Notes under the pieces: model-generated
Told to the model about the DNA's origin: nothing
Database searches by the model: none
What the model saw: the letters and a program-made list of their open reading frames with translations, nothing else
From: Puniceicoccaceae bacterium
Lineage (GTDB): Bacteria > Verrucomicrobiota > Verrucomicrobiia > Opitutales > Oceanipulchritudinaceae
Direction of reading: 5' to 3'
Length of the DNA stretch: 64,000 bases
Assembly (NCBI GenBank): GCA_040830765.1
Contig: JBFOMH010000004.1
Location: 238,717-302,716 of the forward strand
Position numbers and translations under genes: made by a program
In this document: piece after piece, positions 21,881 through 29,842 of the stretch
How the letters are laid out: each line of letters begins with the position of its first letter
Position numbering within the stretch: the first letter of the stretch is position 1

Positions 21881-22618
21881 CTAGTGAACGAGGGTTCCTA
21901 TTTTCTCCCCCTGGACGGCCTTGCGGATGTTCCCGTCGCCATTCATGTTGAAAACAAGGATGGGCATCTGGTTTTCGAGGCACATCGCAAACGCGGTTGC
22001 GTCCATGACCTTGAGGCGTTTCTTCAAGGCATCGGTGAAGGAAATTTCCTCAAACTTGACGGCGTCATCATGCTCCATCGGGTCCTTGTCATAGACACCA
22101 TCAACCTTGGTGGCCTTGAAGATGGCGTCCGCACCGATTTCGTTGGCCCTCAGGGCAGCCGTGGTGTCGGTGGAAAAGTAAGGATTGCCGGTACCCCCGA
22201 CGAAGATAACGACCCGTTTCTTCTCGAGGTGGCGGGTGGCCCGGCGGAGGATGTAGGGCTCGGCAACCTTGTTCATCTCAATGGCACTGAGGACCCGGAC
22301 AGGCACTTTCATTTTCTCGAGGCAGTCCATGAGGGCCATGCCGTTGATGACCGTTGCCAGCATGCCCATGTAATCGCCCGTTGTCCGGGCAACCCCGCGC
22401 TTTTCAGCACCGCTCAGGCCGCGGAAAATGTTGCCTCCCCCGACGACAAGTCCGATTTCAATCCCGAGGTCGTAAACGGTCTTGATGTCCTCGCAGACCC
22501 GGTGCAGGACCGTCCCGTCTATCGTTTCCCCTGATTCGGCACAGCGCAGAACCTCGCCGCTGATTTTCAGTACAATTCGTTTATAGCGCGCCTTCCCGCC
22601 TTCGGCTGTCGTTTCCAT
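21881..22618 (-). CDS. pyrH: UMP kinase
   Basis: Motifs LKISGE, GGGNIFRG, DYMGMLAT, GNPYFSTDT and KVMDATA. Confidence 0.96.
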   Translation of the reverse strand: METTAEGGKARYKRIVLKISGEVLRCAESGETIDGTVLHRVCEDIKTVYDLGIEIGLVVGGGNIFRGLSGAEKRGVARTTGDYMGMLATVINGMALMDCLEKMKVPVRVLSAIEMNKVAEPYILRRATRHLEKKRVVIFVGGTGNPYFSTDTTAALRANEIGADAIFKATKVDGVYDKDPMEHDDAVKFEEISFTDALKKRLKVMDATAFAMCLENQMPILVFNMNGDGNIRKAVQGEKIGTLVH

Positions 22619-22702
22619 TAAAACGGGTAGTTTTGCGGCTCCGGCCAAAAGGTCAATCCTTGGGGCAGGCAAAGATAGCGTCCGGGAATTGCTGAATCAT
22701 GC

Positions 22703-22731
22703 TTGACGGGCCGATAGGCCGGGGCTTTAGT
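22703..22731 (+). promoter_or_regulatory. Putative sigma70 promoter for tRNA-Gln
   Basis: TTGACG-17 bp-TTTAGT, ending 16 bp upstream of the tRNA. Confidence 0.5.
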
Positions 22732-22747
22732 TCCGCCTTTTAATCGC

Positions 22748-22822
22748 AGGCCCATGGTGTAATTGGCAACACAGATGGTTTTGGTCCATCCATTCAAGGT
22801 TCGAGTCCTTGTGGGCCTGCCA
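22748..22822 (+). tRNA. tRNA-Gln (anticodon UUG)
   Basis: Cloverleaf folded by hand: acceptor AGGCCCA/TGGGCCT, D stem GTGT/ACAC, anticodon stem GATGG/CCATC with loop TT-TTG-GT, T arm CAAGG-TTCGAGT-CCTTG, G73 and an encoded CCA. Confidence 0.96.
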
Positions 22823-22907
22823 CTTTTCTCGCGATTCAGCCCCACGGCTGACGATGAACAAGATACACGGTTGCCAATCGGTATTAATTAGCTTTGGTGC
22901 AGAACGT

Positions 22908-23576
22908 ATGACATTGCCCTACGCGGTAATTTTATGGGACTGGAATGGAACCCTCCTCGATGACGCCGATTTCGGTATTCGTGTCATCAATGAGATGCTG
23001 GAGCGGAGGGGTATGCCTGCGCGCACCCGGGAAGAGCACGGGCGACTCTTTGATTTTCCGGTCATCCGGTATTATGAGCGGATCGGGTTTGATTTCGAAA
23101 AGGAGCCCTTTGAGGACCTTTCCCACGAGTTCATCGATGCTTATTTCGCCGATGTCCGGAGTTGTGGGCTGCGACCGGGCAGCCAGGAGCTGTTGGCATC
23201 CCTGCACAAAACTGGCTACCGGCAGATGATCCTCAGCGCCAGCCGACAGGACTACCTGGAGGACCTTGTCTCCCACTACGGGCTTTCGCCGTATTTCGAG
23301 GAACTACTGGGCATCGACACCGTGCATGCCCCCGGCAAGAGTGGCCGTGGCATGGACTGGCTGAAAGAGTCCGGCGTGGAACCGGCACAGGTATTGCTCA
23401 TCGGGGACACTGTGCATGATGCGGAAGTAGCGGAAAAAATGGGCATCGACTGCTGGCTGGTGCCCGGTGGGCATCATCCGCGCGAGCGCCTCGAGGCAAC
23501 CGGCCGGCGTTGCCTGGAGGACATCGGTTGTGTCGGGCGCGATCTGCTGCAACCGGCAGGGGAGGGAATTTCCTGA
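22908..23576 (+). CDS. HAD-superfamily hydrolase (phosphoglycolate phosphatase-like)
   Basis: Motif I WDWNGTLLDD, ILSAS, K, and IGDTVHD. Confidence 0.88.
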   Translation: MTLPYAVILWDWNGTLLDDADFGIRVINEMLERRGMPARTREEHGRLFDFPVIRYYERIGFDFEKEPFEDLSHEFIDAYFADVRSCGLRPGSQELLASLHKTGYRQMILSASRQDYLEDLVSHYGLSPYFEELLGIDTVHAPGKSGRGMDWLKESGVEPAQVLLIGDTVHDAEVAEKMGIDCWLVPGGHHPRERLEATGRRCLEDIGCVGRDLLQPAGEGIS

Positions 23577-25834
23577 TGTTTTTGGCAGCCCAGCTGGACG
23601 GCGAGATGGGAGACGTGGTGGTCAGCACCCTGGCCCTTTCCGTGGCCATCGGCGCAATCCTCATGGTGGTGGCCAAGCGGCTGAAGCTTCCCGGTATTGT
23701 CCTGCTGCTATTCGGCGGGGTGATTCTTGGTCCGGAAGGATTGGGATTTGTCCAGCCGGATACCCTTGGCACGACATTGAATGTCATGGTGGCGGTTGCC
23801 GTCGGGCTCATTCTCTTCGAGGGTGGCCTGACGCTGGATGTGGCGGGTTACCGCTCCGCACCCAAGGTCATTCGCAATCTGCTGACTATTGGGGTAGTGG
23901 TGACCTGGGTGGGCATTTCCTCGCTGATCTGGCTCCTGTTTCCGGTTGAGCCCGAATTTGCAGTCCTCGCCGGCAGCCTGGTGATTGTTACCGGGCCAAC
24001 AGTCATCCAGCCGATCCTGAAGCGGATCCGCCTCAAGTGGAACCTGCATAACATCCTCCATTGGGAGGGGGTCCTTATTGATCCCATTGGGGTCTTCCTC
24101 GCTGTCATGGCCTATGAATGGGTCGCTGGGGGAGGGGAGGAGGCCTTCCTGCACCTCCTGATCCGTATTGTCGGGGGGCTGCTGATTGGTATGGCTGGCG
24201 GGGAACTGGTGGCCTGGCTTCTCAAGCGGCGCCTGATCCCTGAGGAAATGATCAATGTTTTCATGGTTGGTTCCGCGATGCTCATTTTCGGGGCCACCGA
24301 GGCCCTGATTGCTGAAGGGGGACTCCTCGCGGTCACGGTTGCCGGATTGATTTGCGGGTCCCGTCAGCCTCCCGCGCTGAAGGGTATAGTCGAGTTCAAG
24401 TCGGTCATAACCGATCTCCTCATCGGTTTCATTTTCATTCTTCTGACGGCCCGGTTGCAGCTGCAGCAGTTTCTCGACTTCGGGCTCAAGGGTTTGTTCC
24501 TGGTGGCCTTGGTCATATTTGTCGTGAGGCCGGTGGCCGTTTACCTGAGTACCCGAGGGAGCAAACTGACCAGACGGGAAAAGATCTTCCTTTCCTGGGT
24601 CGCACCACGTGGTGTGGTGGCCGCTTCCATGGCCTCGCTTTTCACGCTCACGCTTGTCCAGCAGGGGGGCTTCTCGAATCCTGCTTTTCTGGAATCATTT
24701 GTTTATTCCGTCATCTTCGCTACGGTGCTGCTGCAGGGACCAACAGCATCGTTGCTGGCGCGGGGATTGCGTCTAATGGAAGAGGAACCCAATGGCTGGC
24801 TCATTGTTGGTGCCCATCCGTTGGCCCGCGAGGTGGCCCGCTTCATCGAGAATACGCGGGGTGTTCCGGTTGCCTTGATGGACGGAAACCGCATGGCGGT
24901 GCAGGAAGCAAGGGATGAAGGGATGCGAGCCTTCTACGGGGATGCGCGCGAGACGGCACAGATTGAGGACCGGGCGGAAATGCGCGGCGTTGGCAAGTTG
25001 CTCGCCTTTACCGACAATGAGGACCTCAACGAATTGCTCTGCAAGAAGTGGGAACCGGTATTTGGCAAGGGACATGTCTTCCGTTGGGGAAGCTCGCTGA
25101 CTGCCAATGCGGATGAGAACAGTACTGGAATGGTTCTCTGGAACTGGATGCCCAAGCCGTCCATGATCAGCTCGGAGATATTACTGGGAGAAGCGGCTAT
25201 TATCCAATTGAAGGGTGAACGGATGAGCAACCCGGGGAACCTTGCGGCCCTGCTCACCGCAAACAACCGGGAGATGCTCCTCGATCCCGGTCCGGAAAGT
25301 AAGCTCAAGTTCACCAAGTCCGAGCCACAGACACTTTATTTGCAACGCGAGGCGGATTACCTCCTCAATGCACTCGATGACAGCCGGATGCGACTGTTTG
25401 AGAGCACCGAGCAGAAGGAAATCTATCTCGCCCTGGCAGGGGCGTTGGCGGATGCCTACCCATCACTGACTCCGGAACAGATATTCCAGCACATCATGGA
25501 ACGGGAATCCATCGTCCCGACGACCCTCGGCCACGGCGTAGCACTGCCGCACTGCCGGATTGAAGGCATTTCCCACACGGCCTGTGCGATTGGCTTGATT
25601 CCGGGAGGCCTCGTACTGGGTAGCGATGAGGAGACCGTGAAGCTGGTCTTCATGCTGGTCAGTCCGGAAGATGAACCCGAAATGCACCTGGCAGTCCTTG
25701 GGGAAATCGCCCGGTTGTGCGCCGATCCCGAAGTTCGCCAGATGTTGCTCGACTGTCGCAAAGGCGAGCAAATCCTGCCCATTGTGCGGCAGTATCGTCG
25801 CCAGCACACTCCGTTTGCTGAAGCTCGGGGCTGA
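23576..25834 (+). CDS. CPA1/NhaP cation:proton antiporter fused to a TrkA_N/RCK-like domain and a PTS EIIA(Ntr/Fru)-like domain
   Basis: Antiporter motifs ILFEGGL, VTGPTVI, EGVLIDPIG and APRGVVAA; then LIVGAH (RCK-like); then ERE...TTLGHGVALPH (EIIA phospho-His motif). Confidence 0.85.
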   Translation: MFLAAQLDGEMGDVVVSTLALSVAIGAILMVVAKRLKLPGIVLLLFGGVILGPEGLGFVQPDTLGTTLNVMVAVAVGLILFEGGLTLDVAGYRSAPKVIRNLLTIGVVVTWVGISSLIWLLFPVEPEFAVLAGSLVIVTGPTVIQPILKRIRLKWNLHNILHWEGVLIDPIGVFLAVMAYEWVAGGGEEAFLHLLIRIVGGLLIGMAGGELVAWLLKRRLIPEEMINVFMVGSAMLIFGATEALIAEGGLLAVTVAGLICGSRQPPALKGIVEFKSVITDLLIGFIFILLTARLQLQQFLDFGLKGLFLVALVIFVVRPVAVYLSTRGSKLTRREKIFLSWVAPRGVVAASMASLFTLTLVQQGGFSNPAFLESFVYSVIFATVLLQGPTASLLARGLRLMEEEPNGWLIVGAHPLAREVARFIENTRGVPVALMDGNRMAVQEARDEGMRAFYGDARETAQIEDRAEMRGVGKLLAFTDNEDLNELLCKKWEPVFGKGHVFRWGSSLTANADENSTGMVLWNWMPKPSMISSEILLGEAAIIQLKGERMSNPGNLAALLTANNREMLLDPGPESKLKFTKSEPQTLYLQREADYLLNALDDSRMRLFESTEQKEIYLALAGALADAYPSLTPEQIFQHIMERESIVPTTLGHGVALPHCRIEGISHTACAIGLIPGGLVLGSDEETVKLVFMLVSPEDEPEMHLAVLGEIARLCADPEVRQMLLDCRKGEQILPIVRQYRRQHTPFAEARG

Positions 25835-25850
25835 TCGTTAAAATGCTCGC

Positions 25851-27215
25851 TTAAGGCTTGCCGATGCCGTGGGCCTCGAAGCCCAGGTTCCTCAAGGCAG
25901 CCAGTTCGACCAGGTTCCGCCCGTCAAATATGAAGGCCGGTTTTTCCATTGAGGCAAAGATCCGCTTATAGTCGGTCTGGTCCATCTTGAAGGCGTCCCA
26001 TTCCGTGAGGATGGCAATGGCATGGGCATTGTCAGCCGCTGAATAGGGATCGGGATGGGTTTCCACCCGATCGGTATCGAGGTCGATGCCAAGATCCCGG
26101 CAAATTTGCTCACGGCCCACCTTCGGGTCGTGGATGGCCAGTTTGGCCCCTTCCTCAAGCAGGTCGCGGCACACGTAGATGGCCGCCGATTCCCGCGTGT
26201 CGTTGGTGTCTTTCTTGAAGGCAAATCCGAAAATGGCGATTTTCTTGTCGGTTACCGTATTGAACAAGGCACTGACAATCCGTTTACTGAAACGGCGCTT
26301 CTGGTAGTCGTTCATTTCAACAACCGAGCCCCAATAGTCGGCTACTTCCGGGAGGCCGAAGTGGTTGCACAGGTAGACCAGGTTCAGGATGTCCTTCTGG
26401 AAGCAGGAACCGCCAAATCCAACGCTGGACTTGAGGAACTTGGGCCCGATCCGCGAGTCGCGCCCAATGGCATAGGCCACCTCGTCGACATCGGCCTCGG
26501 TGGCCTCACAAAGGGCGGATATCGAGTTAATGGAGCTGATCCGCTGTGCCAGAAAAGCGTTCGCAGTCAGTTTGGAGAGTTCCGAGCTCCACAGGTTGGT
26601 CGTGATGATGCGATCCCGCGGGACCCATCTCGCATAGACATCCACGAGGGCTTGGACCGCTTTGTCCCCGTCACCGTTCGGTTCTCCACCGATCAGGACC
26701 CGGTCCGGGTTCTCCAGATCCTCCATCGCTGTTCCTTCAGCCAGGAATTCCGGATTTGACAGGACCTGGAACTTTCGCCCGCTGCCGGAAGAACTAAGAA
26801 TTCGCTTGATCGATTCGGCTGTCCGTACCGGAAGGGTCGATTTCTCGACAATGATCTTGTCCGTCGTCGAAACCTTCGCGATCTGCCGTGCACAGAGCTC
26901 GACATACTTCAGGTCCGCCGCCTGGCCCGCACCGATGCCATAGCTTTTGGTCGGTGTTCCCACACAGATGAAGATTATGTCCCCCTTGGCGATGGCCGGG
27001 TCCACTTCCGTTGAGAAAAACAGGTTCCGGCCGCGTGCCTCCTGCGTCACCTCCAGCAGGCCCGGTTCGTACACCGGCAGGTCATCCGATTCCCATGCCG
27101 CTATCCGCTCCGCGTTCACGTCCACCACCGTCACTTCGATGTCCGGACACTTCTGCGCTATCTTGGCCATCGTCGGTCCCCCAACGTAGCCCGCTCCTAT
27201 ACAACAGATTTTCAT
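25851..27215 (-). CDS. ugd: UDP-glucose 6-dehydrogenase
   Basis: Motifs [33 protein letters not shown] (catalytic Cys) and FAFKKDT.DTRES. Confidence 0.94.
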   Translation of the reverse strand: MKICCIGAGYVGGPTMAKIAQKCPDIEVTVVDVNAERIAAWESDDLPVYEPGLLEVTQEARGRNLFFSTEVDPAIAKGDIIFICVGTPTKSYGIGAGQAADLKYVELCARQIAKVSTTDKIIVEKSTLPVRTAESIKRILSSSGSGRKFQVLSNPEFLAEGTAMEDLENPDRVLIGGEPNGDGDKAVQALVDVYARWVPRDRIITTNLWSSELSKLTANAFLAQRISSINSISALCEATEADVDEVAYAIGRDSRIGPKFLKSSVGFGGSCFQKDILNLVYLCNHFGLPEVADYWGSVVEMNDYQKRRFSKRIVSALFNTVTDKKIAIFGFAFKKDTNDTRESAAIYVCRDLLEEGAKLAIHDPKVGREQICRDLGIDLDTDRVETHPDPYSAADNAHAIAILTEWDAFKMDQTDYKRIFASMEKPAFIFDGRNLVELAALRNLGFEAHGIGKP

Positions 27216-27341
27216 GATCCCTGCAGAAAACACCTCCAGCCACCCGTTGCGAGCCTAATTTACCCTTCCCGCCCCCTTCGATTTTCCTTCCCCCGCTTTC
27301 GCTCAAGCGAAGGCTTGACCAAAGCAATCTTATATTAATAA

Positions 27342-27355
27342 GTAATAATTATGAA
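27342..27355. promoter_or_regulatory. Putative operator, copy 1 (GTAATAATTATGAA), overlapping the GH88 start codon
   Basis: Matches the TTAATAATTATTAA palindrome at 12/14 positions; TTGACC at 27315-27320 upstream. Confidence 0.65.
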
Positions 27356-28745
27356 TTCCAGCGATTACCCCCGCGTGATTTATGTGATAACGAGCATGCT
27401 GCTGTGTAACTTGGCCTTTGCCGGACCGTCTGCGATAGGCATCCGGGAGGAAAAGGTGATGGGGCAGGCTGAAAAACAGGGGCTGCGGCTGGCGAACAGC
27501 GTCCTGGGGAACAACCGGGAGCGGTTTGTCAACTACACGACGGAAGCGGGCGTCTGGCGGACGCAGAGTGACGGGACGTGGACGAGTGGCTTTGTTCCCG
27601 GGATGTTCTGGTACCTGTGGGCCCTGACGGGTGAATCCAGCTGGCGGGACAAGGCGATGCACTGGACCGAGGGGACGCGTTCCCGGGCGACAGCAACGGA
27701 CAATGATACCGGATTCCAGATCTATTGTAGCTTTGGGCTGGGATACATGTTTGATGAGACCCTGCGCAGCGACTATGGTGCTGTGATGCGCCAGGGAGCC
27801 AAGACGCTGGTTGACGAGCGGTATAACGCGACGATTGGCTGTTTCCGGTCCTGGGACCAGAACACCAGCAATCCGACCTCCCTGCCATTTGAGGTCAATA
27901 TTGATCAGATGATGAATCTGGAACTGATCCTCTGGGCAGGACAGAACGGAGGCCCGGCCGGGTATGTCGACTATGCGGTCAGTCATGCTGACAAGACCTG
28001 GGAACACAATGTCCGGGAAGATGGAGGAACTTACCATGTGGTGGCCTACAACCTGGATGGAACGGTGGATTACAAACGAACCCATCAGGGATGGACAACC
28101 GACTCGACCTGGTCGCGTGGCCAGGCATGGGCCGTCTACGGGTACACCATGGTCTACCGCTACACAGGCCTGCCGCGAATGCTGGAACGGGCGAGAATTT
28201 GTTATGATTTCTTCATCAATGAAACCCTGAAGGACGATTTCAACTACGTTCCTTACTCTGACTTTGACGCCCCGCTGGACAGCCGGAATCCGCGGGATAC
28301 CTCTGCAGCGGCAATTGTCGCTGCAGCGGCCATCGAGCTATTTGAGATAACCGGGGAAAAGGCGTTTCTGACGGATGCGGAAGCGATTATGGAGCACCTA
28401 TCCTCGCCGCGTTACTTCAGCATTGGGACCAATTACCAGTCCCTCCTGCTGGCGGCATCGGAAAAGTGGGGCCGCGGGGAAGTCGGAGCGATTTTCGCCG
28501 ATTATTACTTCCTGGAGACCCTTTGGCGCTGGAACGGGCTGGAGAGGGAACCAGGCGTGGTCACCGGCTCCTGGGGCGGTTATGACATGCTCGACTGGCG
28601 GTTTGTTGACACAGGCAGCTGGATGGGTTGGTTAAGTGCCTCGGCAGATCCTTATGTTTACAATTACAAGATAGAAGGGTGGATGTATGCCTACCCGGGA
28701 ACGCAGTCTGTAACCGGCGGCTGGTTCTATCGTTACAATCCCTAA
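27351..28745 (+). CDS. Secreted GH88-family unsaturated glucuronyl hydrolase with a C-terminal aromatic domain
   Basis: Motifs WTSGF.PG.FW, DTGF, NIDQMMNLE, HQG..DSTWSRGQAW, DTSAAAI and ADYYFLE; N-terminal hydrophobic signal-like segment; extra ~60-aa Trp/Tyr-rich tail. Confidence 0.85.
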   Translation: MNSSDYPRVIYVITSMLLCNLAFAGPSAIGIREEKVMGQAEKQGLRLANSVLGNNRERFVNYTTEAGVWRTQSDGTWTSGFVPGMFWYLWALTGESSWRDKAMHWTEGTRSRATATDNDTGFQIYCSFGLGYMFDETLRSDYGAVMRQGAKTLVDERYNATIGCFRSWDQNTSNPTSLPFEVNIDQMMNLELILWAGQNGGPAGYVDYAVSHADKTWEHNVREDGGTYHVVAYNLDGTVDYKRTHQGWTTDSTWSRGQAWAVYGYTMVYRYTGLPRMLERARICYDFFINETLKDDFNYVPYSDFDAPLDSRNPRDTSAAAIVAAAAIELFEITGEKAFLTDAEAIMEHLSSPRYFSIGTNYQSLLLAASEKWGRGEVGAIFADYYFLETLWRWNGLEREPGVVTGSWGGYDMLDWRFVDTGSWMGWLSASADPYVYNYKIEGWMYAYPGTQSVTGGWFYRYNP

Positions 28746-28767
28746 CTCCTGAAAAGAAAGTCAATAT

Positions 28768-29787
28768 ATGAGAAATGAATCCAAAATTTGTGTCGTTTTA
28801 GACGACTGGGAAAAGGCCAGTTTTACGCCGCCTGCTGTTTTGGAAGAACTGGGCAGCATCAGTCAAAATGTCACCTTTGCAGAAGGGAAGCAGTTCCCGG
28901 ATGGAGCGGGATGGCTGGACTGGCTGAAGGCGGAAAAGCCGGAAATCCTGATCAGCGGCTGGATGACACCGGGGCTGCCGGAAAATACGCTCGAAGAAGT
29001 ACCTGAGCTCAAATACGTCTGCCACCTTGTCGGATCGATCAAAAACACGATTCCCGAAAAGCTGATCCAGGACGGCCTTATTGTTACCAATTGGGGTAAT
29101 TCGGTTTCCCGGACGATCGCTGAAAGTGCCCTCATGCTGGCCATCGCAGGTCTCCGCCGGGTGTCCTACTGGACGATGGAGATGCATACCCGGGGCGGTT
29201 GGAAGGAGCGAACCTCTGTCGTCACGGGGTCCGTTTTCGGCCGCAAGGTCGGGTTGCATGGATTCGGGGCCATTTCCCAGGAATTGCGCAAGCTGCTGGT
29301 TCCGTTTGAGGTCCCGGTCATGACCTATTCACCAAGCGTCCCCGACAGTATCCTGGAGGAGAAGAACGTGCAACGGGCCAATTCCCTGGAGGAGCTTTTT
29401 TCCTCCAATGATGTCATTGTCGAACTGGCGGCCCTGACGGAAAAGAACCGCGGCATCGTCACCGAGGAGCTCCTGCGGATGATTCCGGAGGGAGGCGTCT
29501 TCGTCAATGTGGGACGGGGTGCGGTTGTTGATGAAGAGGCTTTGGCACGGATCGCCGAGGAAGGGAAGATCCAGGTCGCACTTGATGTCTACGGGGAGGA
29601 ACCCCTTCCATTGGATTCCCCCTTCAGGAAGCTGGACCAGGTCCTGACCCAGCCGCACCTTGGCGGTCCCACCGTCGATCGCCGCCAGGATGCATCTTGG
29701 TATGGATTGGCCAACATTCGCCGCTACCTCAACGGCGAGGAGTTGCAAAGCCAGATTACGGCTGAAGTCAGTAAACGGATTACTTAG
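28768..29787 (+). CDS. D-isomer-specific 2-hydroxyacid dehydrogenase family protein
   Basis: Motifs GLHGFGAI, FVNVGRGAVVDE, LDVY..EP and PHLGG. Confidence 0.88.
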   Translation: MRNESKICVVLDDWEKASFTPPAVLEELGSISQNVTFAEGKQFPDGAGWLDWLKAEKPEILISGWMTPGLPENTLEEVPELKYVCHLVGSIKNTIPEKLIQDGLIVTNWGNSVSRTIAESALMLAIAGLRRVSYWTMEMHTRGGWKERTSVVTGSVFGRKVGLHGFGAISQELRKLLVPFEVPVMTYSPSVPDSILEEKNVQRANSLEELFSSNDVIVELAALTEKNRGIVTEELLRMIPEGGVFVNVGRGAVVDEEALARIAEEGKIQVALDVYGEEPLPLDSPFRKLDQVLTQPHLGGPTVDRRQDASWYGLANIRRYLNGEELQSQITAEVSKRIT

Positions 29788-29842
29788 TTTACGGCATTCG
29801 TTACACCCGTCCGGAACGCCGGGCATGTTTAAAGGAAGACCG

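Noticed and set aside
22748..27300. tRNA-Gln as the integration site of a genomic island containing the polysaccharide locus
   Set aside because: I saw no integrase and no repeat of the tRNA 3' end. The flanking genes are housekeeping and composition looks uniform.
29660..29842. Longer ORF-track start for the PL15-like gene
   Set aside because: It overlaps the upstream dehydrogenase. The ATG at 29843 has an AAGGAAG RBS-like sequence and begins a signal peptide.
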